From: Psilocybe cubensis
Taxonomy: Eukaryota
Direction: 5' to 3'
DNA length: 64,000 nt
Assembly (NCBI GenBank): GCA_017499595.2
Contig: CM038999.1
Location: 744,001 to 808,000, forward strand
Part shown: piece after piece, positions 1 through 11,644 of the stretch
Layout: each line of letters opens with the position of its first letter
Position numbering within the stretch: the stretch's first letter is position 1
Position numbers and translations under genes: made by a program
Notes under the pieces: model-generated
Database searches by the model: none
What the model was told of the DNA's origin: nothing
The model's input: only the letters and a program-made list of their open reading frames with translations

Positions 1-403
1 CAACTTGGAAAACCCACATCGATGTTAATAGCATGGCTCCGTTTGACAATCTCGTGGTTCGAGTACATGAACCGAGGTTGTGTGGTCTGCTGCAAATGAT
101 ATGTCGGTAAGTACATGATGTACAGGTACCAACCAGGGAATGCATGGCTTTCCTGGGCTTCGCCTGACCGGTTAAGTTATATAAGGGAAGAATACACACT
201 TCGACTTTGCCCTCGTTCTTTGACGCCTTTTTCTTCTTTCGTTTCTCCACCTTGGTCCATTCTTCGCCGTTTGCCTGGTCCGCTGCGGTTGGTGGTGGTA
301 CTGGCGGTGTTGCCTGTGCTGGTTTTCCATTTTCAAGCTTGGCCTTTTTCGTGCTCAGAGACTGCGTTTCGACAGACGCCATCTCGGACTGTCCGCGTTT
401 CAT
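1..403 (-). CDS. 5' part of a probable RNA exonuclease (Rex1/REXO-like); continues off the window edge
   Basis: ATG at 403: MKRGQSEMASVETQSLSTKKAKLENG...EEWTKVEKRKKKKASKNEGKVE (NLS-like), a GTGTGT intron, then exon QPRFMYSNHEIVKRSHAINID and a GTGGGT donor at 17. The second exon resembles the N-terminal region of basidiomycete Rex1 proteins as I recall it. The catalytic domain is not in the window. Confidence 0.55.
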   Translation of the reverse strand, partial: MKRGQSEMASVETQSLSTKKAKLENGKPAQATPPVPPPTAADQANGEEWTKVEKRKKKKASKNEGKVEVCILPLYNLTGQAKPRKAMHSLVGTCTSCTYRHIICSRPHNLGSCTRTTRLSNGAMLLTSMWVFQV

Positions 404-1006
404 GGCGGGGCAACGTTGAAACCAAGTCGTTCAGAAGAAATAGCCCCCTGAAAGACTTTCAACGCGACGCAGGGCGCTTAAGAGTTTGTAAAAGAAAGGT
501 AATCCAAGAAATTTAGAAATTTGAAGAATCCAAGTGTAAGCGGAAGTTGCAGCCAAACAAGCACAACTACATCTATTCGGCGTTGTAACTCAGTGACGAG
601 CGACGAGTTCAAATTTCGACGGAAGGAATTGATAAAAAGTTGTGTTTTCATTTGTGCTTGAGAGAAGGTTTGATATGGGATACATGGGCGAGAGGAGAGA
701 ACATATTTGAATGTAATAATGTAAACTATGTACCAATTAAAAAGAGCAAAAGGAGGAAAGCCGTCGTGAATGAAGCATAAAGAGGGCATCACAAACATGA
801 TCATGAAGGCAAGATAACTTGTTTTTCCGAAACTTGGGAGCCGACAATGCAAGAGGTTAAAAAAAAAACAGAACGAAGAGGTGAGTCCACTTTGGCACAA
901 AGAAAAAAGGAACCGATAAATGAAACAAGAAGAAAAAGACAGAACGAAATAATAATAATAACGGAGGTTCCAAAAAATGGACACAAAAACGCAGTCGCAA
1001 TTCTGT

Positions 1007-3579
1007 TCAGAGTTCATCTTCAGGATCCCATTTTGAAATCTTATCGAGAGGACGCCAGTAGTACTGTTTGTACTTCTTCGTCTCACTTCGTTTGGCCGGG
1101 CGAGGCATCATAGCTTTGATAAGCGCAGCTCTCTCCTGGTCTTCATCCAGCTCAGGCACATAGAACCATTGAGCTTCCAAAGGTCGATCTGCGTCGTCCT
1201 ATTTGAAAAAGAAAAAACCCAATAAGAACCAAGGCAGTGAAAAAATACGCAAAAAACAACAAACCTTGCCACTGCTCTCAACTTTCCCAAACAAACCTGA
1301 CCCTCTCCCAGCTTCACCACTATGCAGAACACGATCAAAGAGCCTCATCCACTCCTTATCCGACCTCTGGCTTTTCAACGCCGGTTGCGACTTCATAACC
1401 ATCTTAAACAACGTGCTAACCGCCAACGACGAAGCACGCGACATCGCCATCGTCTCAATCAGGAGCCCGCACACCTGCGCATGGAGCGCCGCCGTTTCTG
1501 GGTCCAAAGGCCCCTCCGACGCCGCACCACGCCCAGCTTCGACGTCAGATTCACCTGCGCTGTCGTCTAGGTAGCTAGACGACGCACGGCGTCGACCGGA
1601 GCCACGAGGCGCTTTCCCGGCCCGTCGCCCACTCGAAGAAGAGGCAGAAGGCTCTCCGCCGCTCCGCTTTTTCCTCTTGCCCTTGGTAGCAGCCTCCACC
1701 TCGGACGCAGTATCTTTCTCTGTCGCCTCAGACTCAACCTCGACTTTCCGCTTCACCACCGTCTTTTTCCTGGGCATCTGCTCTGTGGGACCAGCATTCA
1801 CTTTTGAGCTGTCAGAAGCGGGGAGGCTGGTATGGGTGGGAGCGGTCTCGTTCCTGAGTTTTCCGCCAGTCTCGGTCTTCTGCTTCTTCTTGACAGGCTC
1901 TTCAGAACCTTGTTCCTTTTTTCTCTTATCGGCGTGAGCCTTTGTGGCACCAGAATGAGGTAATGAAGAATACGGGCCATCGTTTTCCTTCGACGCATTC
2001 GATCTCTTCTTCTCGACAACAGTGACGTGCTCGCGCGCCTTGCCTTTCTCGGCTGACGAAATCGTAGGAACAAGGATTTCGTTACTGGGAGGCGCCACAG
2101 AAAGAGATGGCGTTGATTCTCCCGGCAGAGAGACAACGGAGGGGACCGAAGGGGATGACACGGATGCTTTTTGAGTTGGCGATACGGTCTCGACTAAGGG
2201 TAGTTCCGGATCCTTAGGGGCGGGTGTAGGCTCTGGATCTTGAGAGGTTGAAATAGACACTTCCGCAGAGGCCGGGGACGGTGACTTTGATTTAGCTTTA
2301 GAGTCCGAAGAGGAGGAGGATACTGGTACTGAGGTTGGAGTGTCTTCAGCCTTAGCCTGCACCCAATAAACACATGCATGAGAAAATAAAACGATGGGAA
2401 AAGATTCAAGGAACTGACAAAATCGTGTAGCACGCCTGATACTGTAAGCGGCTCCCAAGTGCTTTCATCATCGTCATCATCTGGAAGCTCCGATAACGGC
2501 GAAGAACTTCCATTACCCTCCGACTGGTGACCAAACGATAATGGGGACACCGATCTTGACATCCGGGCAGCGGAAAAGCTGACCGGAGACAGAGGCGGGG
2601 ACGAAGGCGGCAGAGGGGACGATAGAATATCGTGTTCATCTACGTCCATGCTGCTCTCGCGATCGCTCGTAAGAGAGGGCACGGTATGCGGCGATTCGAC
2701 TTCTTCCTCTTCTGTGACATTGCTGGCCGGACAGGATTCCTCGACGGCGGATGCGGGGGTGGAGGTCGAAGCAGATGGCTCAGTCGTACGATCAGATAGA
2801 TCCTGCACCGGAGGTAGCACGAAGGTAGTTTCGGGGAGAGAAGTAGATGGGGCAGGTTCCGAGATGGTTCTTGAGTTGTTCAATAGTGTTGGGGTAGCAA
2901 CTCTGGACAATGTGGGGGCGGATTTCCGGTTTTGCAAAATGGAAGGAGCGGGCTTGAAAGGCATGGGATTACTTTTCCATTGGCCTCGTTCCGCAGAAGT
3001 GTGAAAGAAAGTCCGGCGGTTTCCTGCATATCCAAACAGAAAACTGTCCTCGTCCTCCTCCTGCCCATCTTCCTCGCTGTCGGTGTCAATCCCCGAGCTC
3101 CGACCTGGCGCGCTGTCACTGGTGTGTTCAGAGTCCGCATCGGGGATATCAATATCAACATCTTCGGAATATTCAGACGTGTCAAAATCTGAAGTTGGCG
3201 GATAATAGGACTCCGTTGAATATCCCGAACGGTTGGAGTCGCGGGTGTATGCTGTTGGAGAATACTTGATGTGCTCGCTTCTTGGGTAGCGGTGACCCCA
3301 TGACGATGACGGATCCTCCAAATTTTCTCCAGCTCCATGGTAAGCACCATCTGAGTTGATTTCCGGGCTCGACCTTATGTGCGCGTAGCTGTAGGTGTGT
3401 CTTGTTGTATACGGAGTCCGTGGTGGGGAAGACGAGCGCGGTGGTGAACTTGAAAAGCTACTGTAAGGCTCATAGCGAGCTGACCAATTCTGTGAGGGTT
3501 TTTGGTGCATATCCTGGCTGTAATACGATTTCCTGGCCTGTCCCATGGGCATTGGGAGGGACGGGACTGGGTTTGACAT
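1007..3579 (-). CDS. Tos4/Plm2-like nuclear protein, about 806 aa, largely disordered with a conserved C-terminal domain
   Basis: Three in-phase exons 3579-2443, 2356-1265 and 1198-1007 with GT-AG introns. The C-terminus FGKVESSGKDDADRPLEAQWFYVPELDEDQERAALIKAMMPRPAKRSETKKYKQYYWRPL resembles the Tos4/Plm2 C-terminal block. No FHA domain recognised. Confidence 0.7.
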
Positions 3580-3633
3580 GAGTGTTGTGGTGATAAGAGG
3601 ACTGTCACGTGCAAGACCGCGTCCGTTGTGTAA

Positions 3634-3690
3634 ACGCGTTTTCGTCCGGAGATTGAATCCATACAGACTCCGCGCGGTCATAGGACGCGT
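3634..3690. promoter_or_regulatory. Two MCB-like ACGCGT elements upstream of the Tos4-like gene
   Basis: ACGCGT at 3634-3639 and 3685-3690, with further CGCG cores nearby, 55-110 bp upstream of the ATG at 3579. Confidence 0.4.
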
Positions 3691-5235
3691 CGGTGTCACG
3701 AGACGTCAAGTTTCCCCTTTCTACGCACCCTTCCAACGGATGGAGTGCTGAAAATAGGGTCGCTGGAACCTAGACACGTAACACAGGCGTTAGGATGAGC
3801 TGGAAGGGCGGAGAAATATAAGCTAGAACTCACCATCCACGCTGCATTGCTAGTGGATCTCAGATCAGAGGCTGAATGAGCGGCATGCGCGATTGGAGAA
3901 AATTGTATATCTGGATCCTTCAAGCTTTTACAGCAACAGGTCCAAACTGGCCGAGTGGACGTAATGAGTGACGAAAGACGGCCTAGATTTGTACTTAAAG
4001 CTGGCACAAGTGCAGACGATGAGGATAAACTGACCTCAGAGATTCATACCGGTATAGAAGCTGGTATCCATCGAGTGCTACAATTCCTAATCCAGATAGG
4101 AAATAATGCGGCGCGTGAAAAAAAATCACGCGATGACGCAGGATCCGTTGCACACAAAAGCTCACGGACTACCCAAACTAACAGCTATCTGTGTGGGATT
4201 GAGTGGAGTTTAATTGAATTGAAAGATATGGACTTTTGAGGGAACACAGAAGAGGAATTAGGCGAGCCTCAACAAGAATATAGCGCCCAAATGCAGTGGT
4301 TCTTGGTAAGCGCCGCACTATGAAGTCGTCGCGGACGGGACACAGCAGTTCCGCTAGGTGGTCGATCGCCTTGTGGGGTATCTGATATCAAGGTATGAAA
4401 TTGTGCAATGCTCGAGATAAGATATAAACATACCTTTGTATATAGCGAGACGCTTCAGTATGTGGGGAGAGGTAAAATCTGCGACGAACGAATACACAGC
4501 CCGAGACCGAAATAAACGTTGTTGCGAAGTGTAACGAGGGAGTCTCAAATGTCTCCGACAAACTCCAAGGTTACATCTGGCTTAGGTGTCTTTAAGGTGT
4601 TCAAAAGCCTGCTACGATAACTGTAATATTATTTTCAGAAAACAATCTAACCGAACAATAACGGTGTTCAGACATACCGGACTGAAACTACAGAGCATTT
4701 TGGGCGATACTCGTACTAGGTAGGCCTCAACATCCTGAGAAAGAGTAGACATATGCATCGAGATCAAGTATGCAGTTTTAGAGGTCATTCCAAGGCTCTA
4801 GACCAGTGGCAATTGCGTTTGTAGGTGAAAGTAAGAGTAAGAAAGAGAGAATGAGGGCGGAACCAGTGCAAATGACAAGTTGCGATCAAAACCGCCGTGT
4901 AGCACGCCCCTGGAAATCAGGATAGCGTAATCCGATCAATTGAGCGGCTTCCCGGCATACCCCTATCTGTCTAATCTCTTCACATCTCCTTCACAAAGAG
5001 CCCATTGTTCAATGAATTGACTGTCTTTTGCGTCTTGAAATTTTGGATTTGGCGAGATAAGATAGTCTTAGTAAAACGATGCCTTATTTTACACAAGAGA
5101 ATGCCTCGCAAGATCGTCTGAGAATTATCACACCCGGATATCATGTGTCGTCATCAATATTTTTAGCGGAGGCATAAATATCGAGGGATAAGATTCGATT
5201 ATCCCAAGTCATTTCACTTCTCCACTCCCACCACA

Positions 5236-6075
5236 ATGCCTCGCAACGCAGAAACAGCTAGCTACAAGGTTCGTCGTTAAATTGGTGTCATCGTTACTGC
5301 AATCGGCTTACTATCGTTCCTTTGAACCGATCTCGTTACTTGTGTTTTGAATCCAGTTCAACCACACCATGATCCGCATCAAGGATCCCAAGGTGTCCCT
5401 TCCTTTCTACCAAGATGTGAGATTACACTGCATGCTCGTATAGAAGATCTTGACCGACATACTCCTGAAACTAGGTCATTGGAATGGAGCTCCTCGCAGG
5501 TGCGGCCGACTTCGGGACAAAAACCGAAGCATGAGCATCACAACTGACTCCTGACCATGCAGAGAAGAAATTCGAAACCTTCACACTCTACTTCCTCGCG
5601 TTCAACCACGACGGAAAAGATCTCACCCCTGAAGAGAAGAACAAACAGCGTTTCTCCCGGGAAGGTACGCAGTTAACTCAAATACGACACGTTACATCAT
5701 AATCATCTCACATAAACACTACGCGCCAGGTGTTCTCGAGTTAACGCACAACCACGGTACTGAGTCCGATGCTAGCTTCCAGGGCTACTCCAGCGGGAAC
5801 TCAGACCCCGGCAGGGGCTTTGGCCACATCGCAATCACCGTTGGCAACATCGAGGAGGCTTGCGCACGCTTTGAGCGCCTCGGCGTCCCTTTCAAGAAGA
5901 GGCTCACTGACGGAACGATGAAGAACATTGCTTTCATCCTTGACCCCGATGGGTAAGTAAGAGTAGTTCTTTCCTGCAAATTTCTTCTTTGAGTTTGATG
6001 CATATTGGATTTTCACTGACTAAACGATACATTAGTTACTGGATTGAGGTTGTCCCTGGCTCTCTCGAAATCTGA
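5236..6075 (+). CDS. GLO1: Glyoxalase I (lactoylglutathione lyase), single-unit form, 6 exons
   Basis: Spliced translation [53 protein letters not shown]...[14 protein letters not shown]...GFGHIAITV...[24 protein letters not shown]. Glyoxalase I metal-ligand motifs are present. Confidence 0.93.
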
Positions 6076-6399
6076 AGCCAGTCCATTGAGAAGAGGAAGA
6101 CGAGACTTTAACCTGAAGATATTACAACTAAATAAATGTATTATTGTTGATTATGAATAACATATACAGTGTTGTCCCCGTCATATTTGAGGATCTCAGA
6201 TGGATCTCTCAAAGCTACATACAGGATTGCGTCGTCAAACCTCTTCTGTGAACCGAATCTCAACGTCAGAGTCATTTACTGGAATAATTTCTTGTAAACC
6301 AAACTGCTTGCAACGATATTCCTAGCAATCAGTCATGAAATATGGGCTTCGAAACCTCGCAAAATGTAGGGATATGGTTGGGTACCGACCTGTACAGAT

Positions 6400-6517
6400 A
6401 TCCACGGCCATAGGACACTGAAAGCACCGCATCCCGTCCGATCTGCGCAGTTAAACAGTGTGCCGCCCTGTTAGTACCACGGTGGGGGACCACGCGGGAA
6501 TCCTGGGTGCTGTGGTT
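6400..6517 (+). rRNA. 5S ribosomal RNA gene (solitary copy)
   Basis: ATCCACGGCCATAGGAC...CATCCCGTCCGATCTGCGCAGTTAA...GTTAGTACCACGGTGGGGGACCACGCGGGAATCCTGGGTGCTGTGGTT, 118 nt, typical basidiomycete 5S. The terminal helix and ACACTG/CAGTGT pair. Confidence 0.97.
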
Positions 6518-6518
6518 C

Positions 6519-6523
6519 TTTTT
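6519..6523 (+). terminator. RNA polymerase III oligo-T terminator of the 5S gene
   Basis: TTTTT one base after the 5S 3' end. Confidence 0.8.
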
Positions 6524-7006
6524 GATTTCTTAATTTTTCCCTGTCATGTTATTTTTGTATTCTTTAACATAACTCGTGCTGGGTCTAGACTCTCGTTGAA
6601 ACTTCAGGTCGCGCCGTCGTTTGTACTCGTTTTATTTGTTCTCTCAAAGTGACTTACCTCTAAGCTAAAATTCAGGTGCCAAGGTGTGCTAGACCGCGGC
6701 AAGTACGCCAATTTAGACGCCTGTGGCAATGCGTCATTCCAGTAAATTCTCGACAACTCCATTTTCTGCATATTCCCGTCTTTCTATCCCAGGCATCTCC
6801 CTAATGGACTGTAATGACCGAGAGTCGGTGAGTATCATATTTAAATGTACGCAACAAGCCCGATGATAGTATCAAATCGAAACTCAAATTAAGCGCTCAT
6901 TGCTTCTATCGATCGATAGCGATACGCACTGACCAGCCTGCCATGCCATACTCTATATGACGTTTGTATGAACCAACCTTCTGTTCACTTCTCTTTCATT
7001 ACACTC

Positions 7007-7860
7007 ATGCCCACCCATTGTGAGAACTGCAAGGAGCAAAACCCCCCAAAGAGGTGTTCAGGATGCAAAGCCGCATCATACTGCGTTAGTACATCCTCAA
7101 CCTCCTCATATCTAGGTCTCAGTAATTCTTTCAGTCAAAAGAATGCCAAGAAACCCACTGGGCTATCCATAAGGCCAATTGCAAATCATCTTCTAAATCG
7201 GAAGCGACAAAATCACCTCCTCTTAACCCAAACACGACTCCGAGTGGATCAAGCCCAGGTGTTGTACATGGGGTTAAACTCATTGCAGAAAATGGTCGAT
7301 ATAGACCTGGTCGATTTGTTCCGTTCGAGTTCAAAAAGGACCACAACATCTTCAAACGAGGAGAAATTTGCCCATTCACTGCGCTCTATGGTGTTCCCAT
7401 CATTTTGTACAGCCCTTTGGTCCACCTCGGAAAAAGTGATGTAGATGATAAAGATAATCAGCCAGCGGTATACCTTCGAATACAACCGGATAGCGGAATT
7501 GCTCCTCCTCAGTGAGTTACCAATACTAATGAACTCAGCATAATAGTCATAGTAACGCCCTTGCAATAAATTTGCAGGTGGCAACTAAGCTATCTCGGTA
7601 CTGTAAGTTAATCCATTTATCTTGTCCTACGACTCTGTTCATCTGTTTAAACTTCCCAGTGTTACGCCGTGCGCTGCGACCATAAGCCTCTCACTCCTTC
7701 CGATCTCGAGATGATGTATACATTCCACGCTTCGAAACTGAGCTCCGACTATTTCGAGTATCCGATGGAAAAACGACCTTATAAAATCACGCCAAGTCTT
7801 TACCAGCAATTCTGTAATTCTTATAGGAACAAAAATTGGGAAGAAGAAGAGGAAATATGA
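7007..7860 (+). CDS. MYND-type zinc finger protein, paralogue 1 (4 exons)
   Basis: MPTHCENCKEQNPPKRCSGCKAASYC|SKECQETHWAIHKANC gives a complete MYND ligand set. It is followed by ...NQPAVYLRIQPDSGIAPPQ|WQLSYLGT|CYAVRCDHKPLT... Confidence 0.85.
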
Positions 7861-8124
7861 TGGATAGTACGAGGTTTGGCCGATGAGAAGCATATGGATA
7901 ACGTATTGATTCATCATGATCTTCGTATCCCAGAGAAAAATCCATCTATAGCATCTCTTGTATATTATCTCCCTACGAGCAAGTCCGAATCTTGAACATA
8001 GGCGCCGCCCCTATCTTTACCGTTCTATCAACTCGTGACCGCATATATATGAGACACGACTCATAGGTCAACTAACGTTCCTCTTGTACTCCTCTCTTGA
8101 ATTAATCTTTCTGATACTCATACT

Positions 8125-9016
8125 ATGTCTCCTGTTTGTGAAAACTGTCAAGCGCCGAGTCCGCCACAACGGTGCACGAGATGCCACAGCGCATATTATT
8201 GCGTAACTACTTTCTTTTACATCTAATTCGCATATTATCAACAATGCAACCAGAACGAGGTTTGCCAGAATGCCAATTGGAGGGTGTCAAGCACCTTCTG
8301 ATTCGGAGGGAACAGTCAGTTCTTATTCATCGTGTGGATGGACAATATGCTAAAACTACTGTCAACAATTTCTCCTAACCAAATGCTCAGACAAGTGGAT
8401 CAGAATCAGAACCAGTTGTGGGGATCAAGCTTCTCTCAGGAGATGGGCCATTTGTGCCTAGGCGATTCGTCCCTTTCCAGTTCAACAGAGACCATGATAT
8501 TTTCAGATTGGGGGAAGTTTGTCCCTTTACGGAGCTCTATGGCGTTCCTATCATTCTCTTCAGTCCTCTGGTTCACCTTGGGAAGCGGGAACCCAATGAT
8601 ATGATGGATAACCTGCCTGCTGTATATTTACGCATAGAACCGAGAAATGGTTTCGCACCTCTTCGGTAAGCTAATCTTAATATTTATCCACACTACTAGA
8701 TTAACACGCCTGGTAGTTGGCAGGAGAACTACCTTGGCAATGTAAGTAATCTGGTTCATTCTTAACCTCAGTATAATAATCATCATAATATATATCAAAA
8801 AAGTGCTACGCTGTGCGACGTGATCGACAACCTCTCACACCTCTGGACCTGGAAGCAATGTACGCATTTCACGAATCAAGGCTAGACTCAGATTATTTTG
8901 AGTATGCGCTTGACGGTCTCCCATACCCATACAAGATCACACCCAAGTTGTTCCGTGAATTTTCTGAGTCTTACTGGGAGCAAGAGAAAGAGTTTGGTCG
9001 CAAAGGATTGCCATAG
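8125..9016 (+). pseudogene. MYND-type zinc finger protein, paralogue 2, with an apparent frameshifting deletion in the finger
   Basis: MSPVCENCQAPSPPQRCTRCHSAYYC|NEVCQNANW is followed by only 4 nt before the expected last Cys codon (18 nt in paralogue 1), giving TGA at 8299-8301. Downstream exons are collinear with paralogue 1 and open. Confidence 0.6.
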
Positions 9017-9501
9017 ATGCTACATATCACTCCCAAAAACGGGATGACATCAAGTTCTACTCTGAAGACATAATGCATATCAATCCACACACATTTATAG
9101 ACAGTCAAAAAATGCGAGATGGACTCTGCGCAAGATGATCATGATTCCGTACATTTCTTGTGCCCGATCAAAGTTGTATTGATTTGTTGTAAAATGACCC
9201 ATGGGGCAGAAGTTAGTCTATAGGCGACTTCAGGCGCTATCTCCTCGTGGATATCGGGTTGGCTTTGCCGCCCAACAATCTGCTAAAGGAGGCATGAGTG
9301 CTGTGGATTGCAGAATCGACATAGATTGGTAAAAATAGTGTTTGCCGGTGGTCTACACCAACAACTTCTCAATGTGGATGTGCTAGCAGTACAAGCATGT
9401 TCGCAAGTCCTTGGTAGTACGCGCAACGTACAGGTTTGTCGAGCGCTAATATGGTCTAGAATTGCACAGAGGTTGTATTAAATTAGCGAGACTTTCAATA
9501 A

Positions 9502-11644
9502 TCAAATAGTAGCGACGGTAAGGGCTCTTCTTGCGGAAGACCAAAAAGACAGGGACATAATGGTGAAAGATAGTGTTACAACCTTGGCTGTGACCAGGTT
9601 AAAGCGATTTCCAGACGAAAGAACGGAAGGGGCATAATTCAAAGACGGATCATTCGTATGCCGTCCATATTCTGGTGGCAGCTCCCCCATTTCACCGTCT
9701 TCTGTTTCGTTAATGGTATGGGCGGCCCCTCTTAAATTAGTTGACCGAGGAACATAGGTCGGGGCGCGAGATTGTACCGATACCGGACGACCTCGAGGTG
9801 GAGATGGGGTGTGAGTAATATACGAGGACGATGAAACCATCGATTCAGCCGTCGTATCGGCGCCAAACGATGTGTCGACTGCACCTGGACTGGGAGGTAA
9901 CGGGCGCTTGACGTCCAACGGATAATTGTTACTGCTGCTGTTATTATTATTGTTGGACACCAATGTTGGTGCGATAGAAGACTGTCCGCGGGAGGCGACA
10001 GACTCGGCGTCGCTTCGGATGGAGAGGTCGTAGGGGTCGACGGAGCGATTTGGCCTTCTGCTCCTGACCGACGAAGGGTGTCGGACAGGCTCAAGCGGTA
10101 ACTCGGCGCTCCGTGTTGGTGGCGTTGTAGGCAAGGGCATAGCGGGCATTGCCAGAGTGGGCATGGAGGAGACTATTGACGGGGCCGTCCGTGTGACAAT
10201 GGTTGACCCACCGATCAACGAAGGTGCTGTCAATGGCCTTGAGGGATTGTTTCCAGAGGCGTATGCGGTAGCTAGATATGATTGAGAGGGAGATTTCTTC
10301 CGCCGGCGAATAAATTTCAGGTAAGCGAAGTAAGCGAGTGCGCCCGCGGCTACGCCAAAGAATAGGCCCCCAATGCTAGCGCCAATAACGATACTTTCGA
10401 AATGACTCTTGCTCCTGCAGGCACATGAGGTACGGATGAGTTCTCACTGTGTACCAAAAATAAAAATCATGCGTACACGCTGCCAGGTACGAGACAGTCG
10501 CTTGGGCCCAAACCGCCCACACGCATCGGACCATTGGCCCACAACGAACCGTCAGAGCTTGTCAATGACAGAAAGAACCGGAAACCGACAGGCTGCGAAA
10601 ACATGAGCAAAAATCACGAGCGCGATGACTTGTGTTGATAGTTACCAAAGAAACTTGCCACGAAATTGGATCCATGGAATTAGATGTAATATTGTACGGT
10701 GGGTGGTAATCTGGAGCAATCTGATAGTAGGTGTGAATTGATGATCAGCAAAGCTGAACAAAGATTTCATCAACAGAGCTTGAAGCGTACCGTTAATGTG
10801 TAGGGAGGCGACCCAGACTTAGGTGTTACGGTTAGACTGTTACACTGAGTGGCAAAGCACGTCAGAAACACTCTGTATATCCAATGAAGTTGCTAGAACG
10901 TACTTGATCGATGTAACTAAACTGGGACATCGCGCCTGTTGGCACAGTAGCAGACACTGACAGCTCTGAGGGAGCAGTAACATTTTGACAAGTTGGAGCG
11001 GTGCTGGAATTGCTGGCTATGACTGTGTATCTTTGTTGGCAACCCCCGGAGACTCCGTTGGTGTCGAACTGAATTATTCAATTCAACGACACAGAGAAAA
11101 GCAATGCGGGCCCAATGCTCACCATGCATATTTGATATTGCGTATTCGGGGCGAAGGGAACTTGGAAATCCTGTGACCAACATTGAGAACTTTATACGAA
11201 TCACCAGAGGTGCAGTACAAACAAATGTGGGACCGAATCCCGCTGAGATAGAGTAAGGAATAGAGGAGGTGGAGGTGAACACCAATAGAGAATATGGCGC
11301 TACGGGTAGAGGACTGCACACAAACATTGGTTTGATTCTCGAATGCGAAGATGATCACGACGCACCCTGTACTGTTCGTATCCCTTGACCATCTCAACCG
11401 TACTTTATCACACTGAGTCGTCACAGGTATCGGTAGCGCCTGATTGCCATTGTCATAAACGAATTGAAAGCCCTAAAAATTTGGGACTCGTCAGTCAAAT
11501 ATCACTGAGCGCCCAAGCGCAAGCTAGACACGGATCACAAACAGGATTAAGGTAAGGAGCGGCTGTAGCAGAGACGTCTTGAATACAGTAGAGAGAGGTC
11601 AATAGGACTGCGACGACATTCAAGGGGCGCCAATAGCCTCCCAT
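9502..11644 (-). CDS. Type I single-pass membrane protein of unknown function (signal peptide, Cys-containing ectodomain, TM, Ser/Pro-rich tail)
   Basis: About 9 exons. Signal peptide MGGYWRPLNVVAVLLTSLYCIQDVSA; ectodomain LPIPVTTQCDKVRLRW...PVAPYSLLVFTS...YQICMFDTNGVSGGCQ; TM IVIGASIGGLFFGVAAGALAYFAYL then KFIRRRKK; LPPEY motif in the tail. Confidence 0.75.

Noticed and set aside
478-1086. 202-aa minus-strand ORF, and similar antisense or alternative-frame ORFs across the track
   Set aside because: Low-complexity 3'UTR or shadow frames of real genes.
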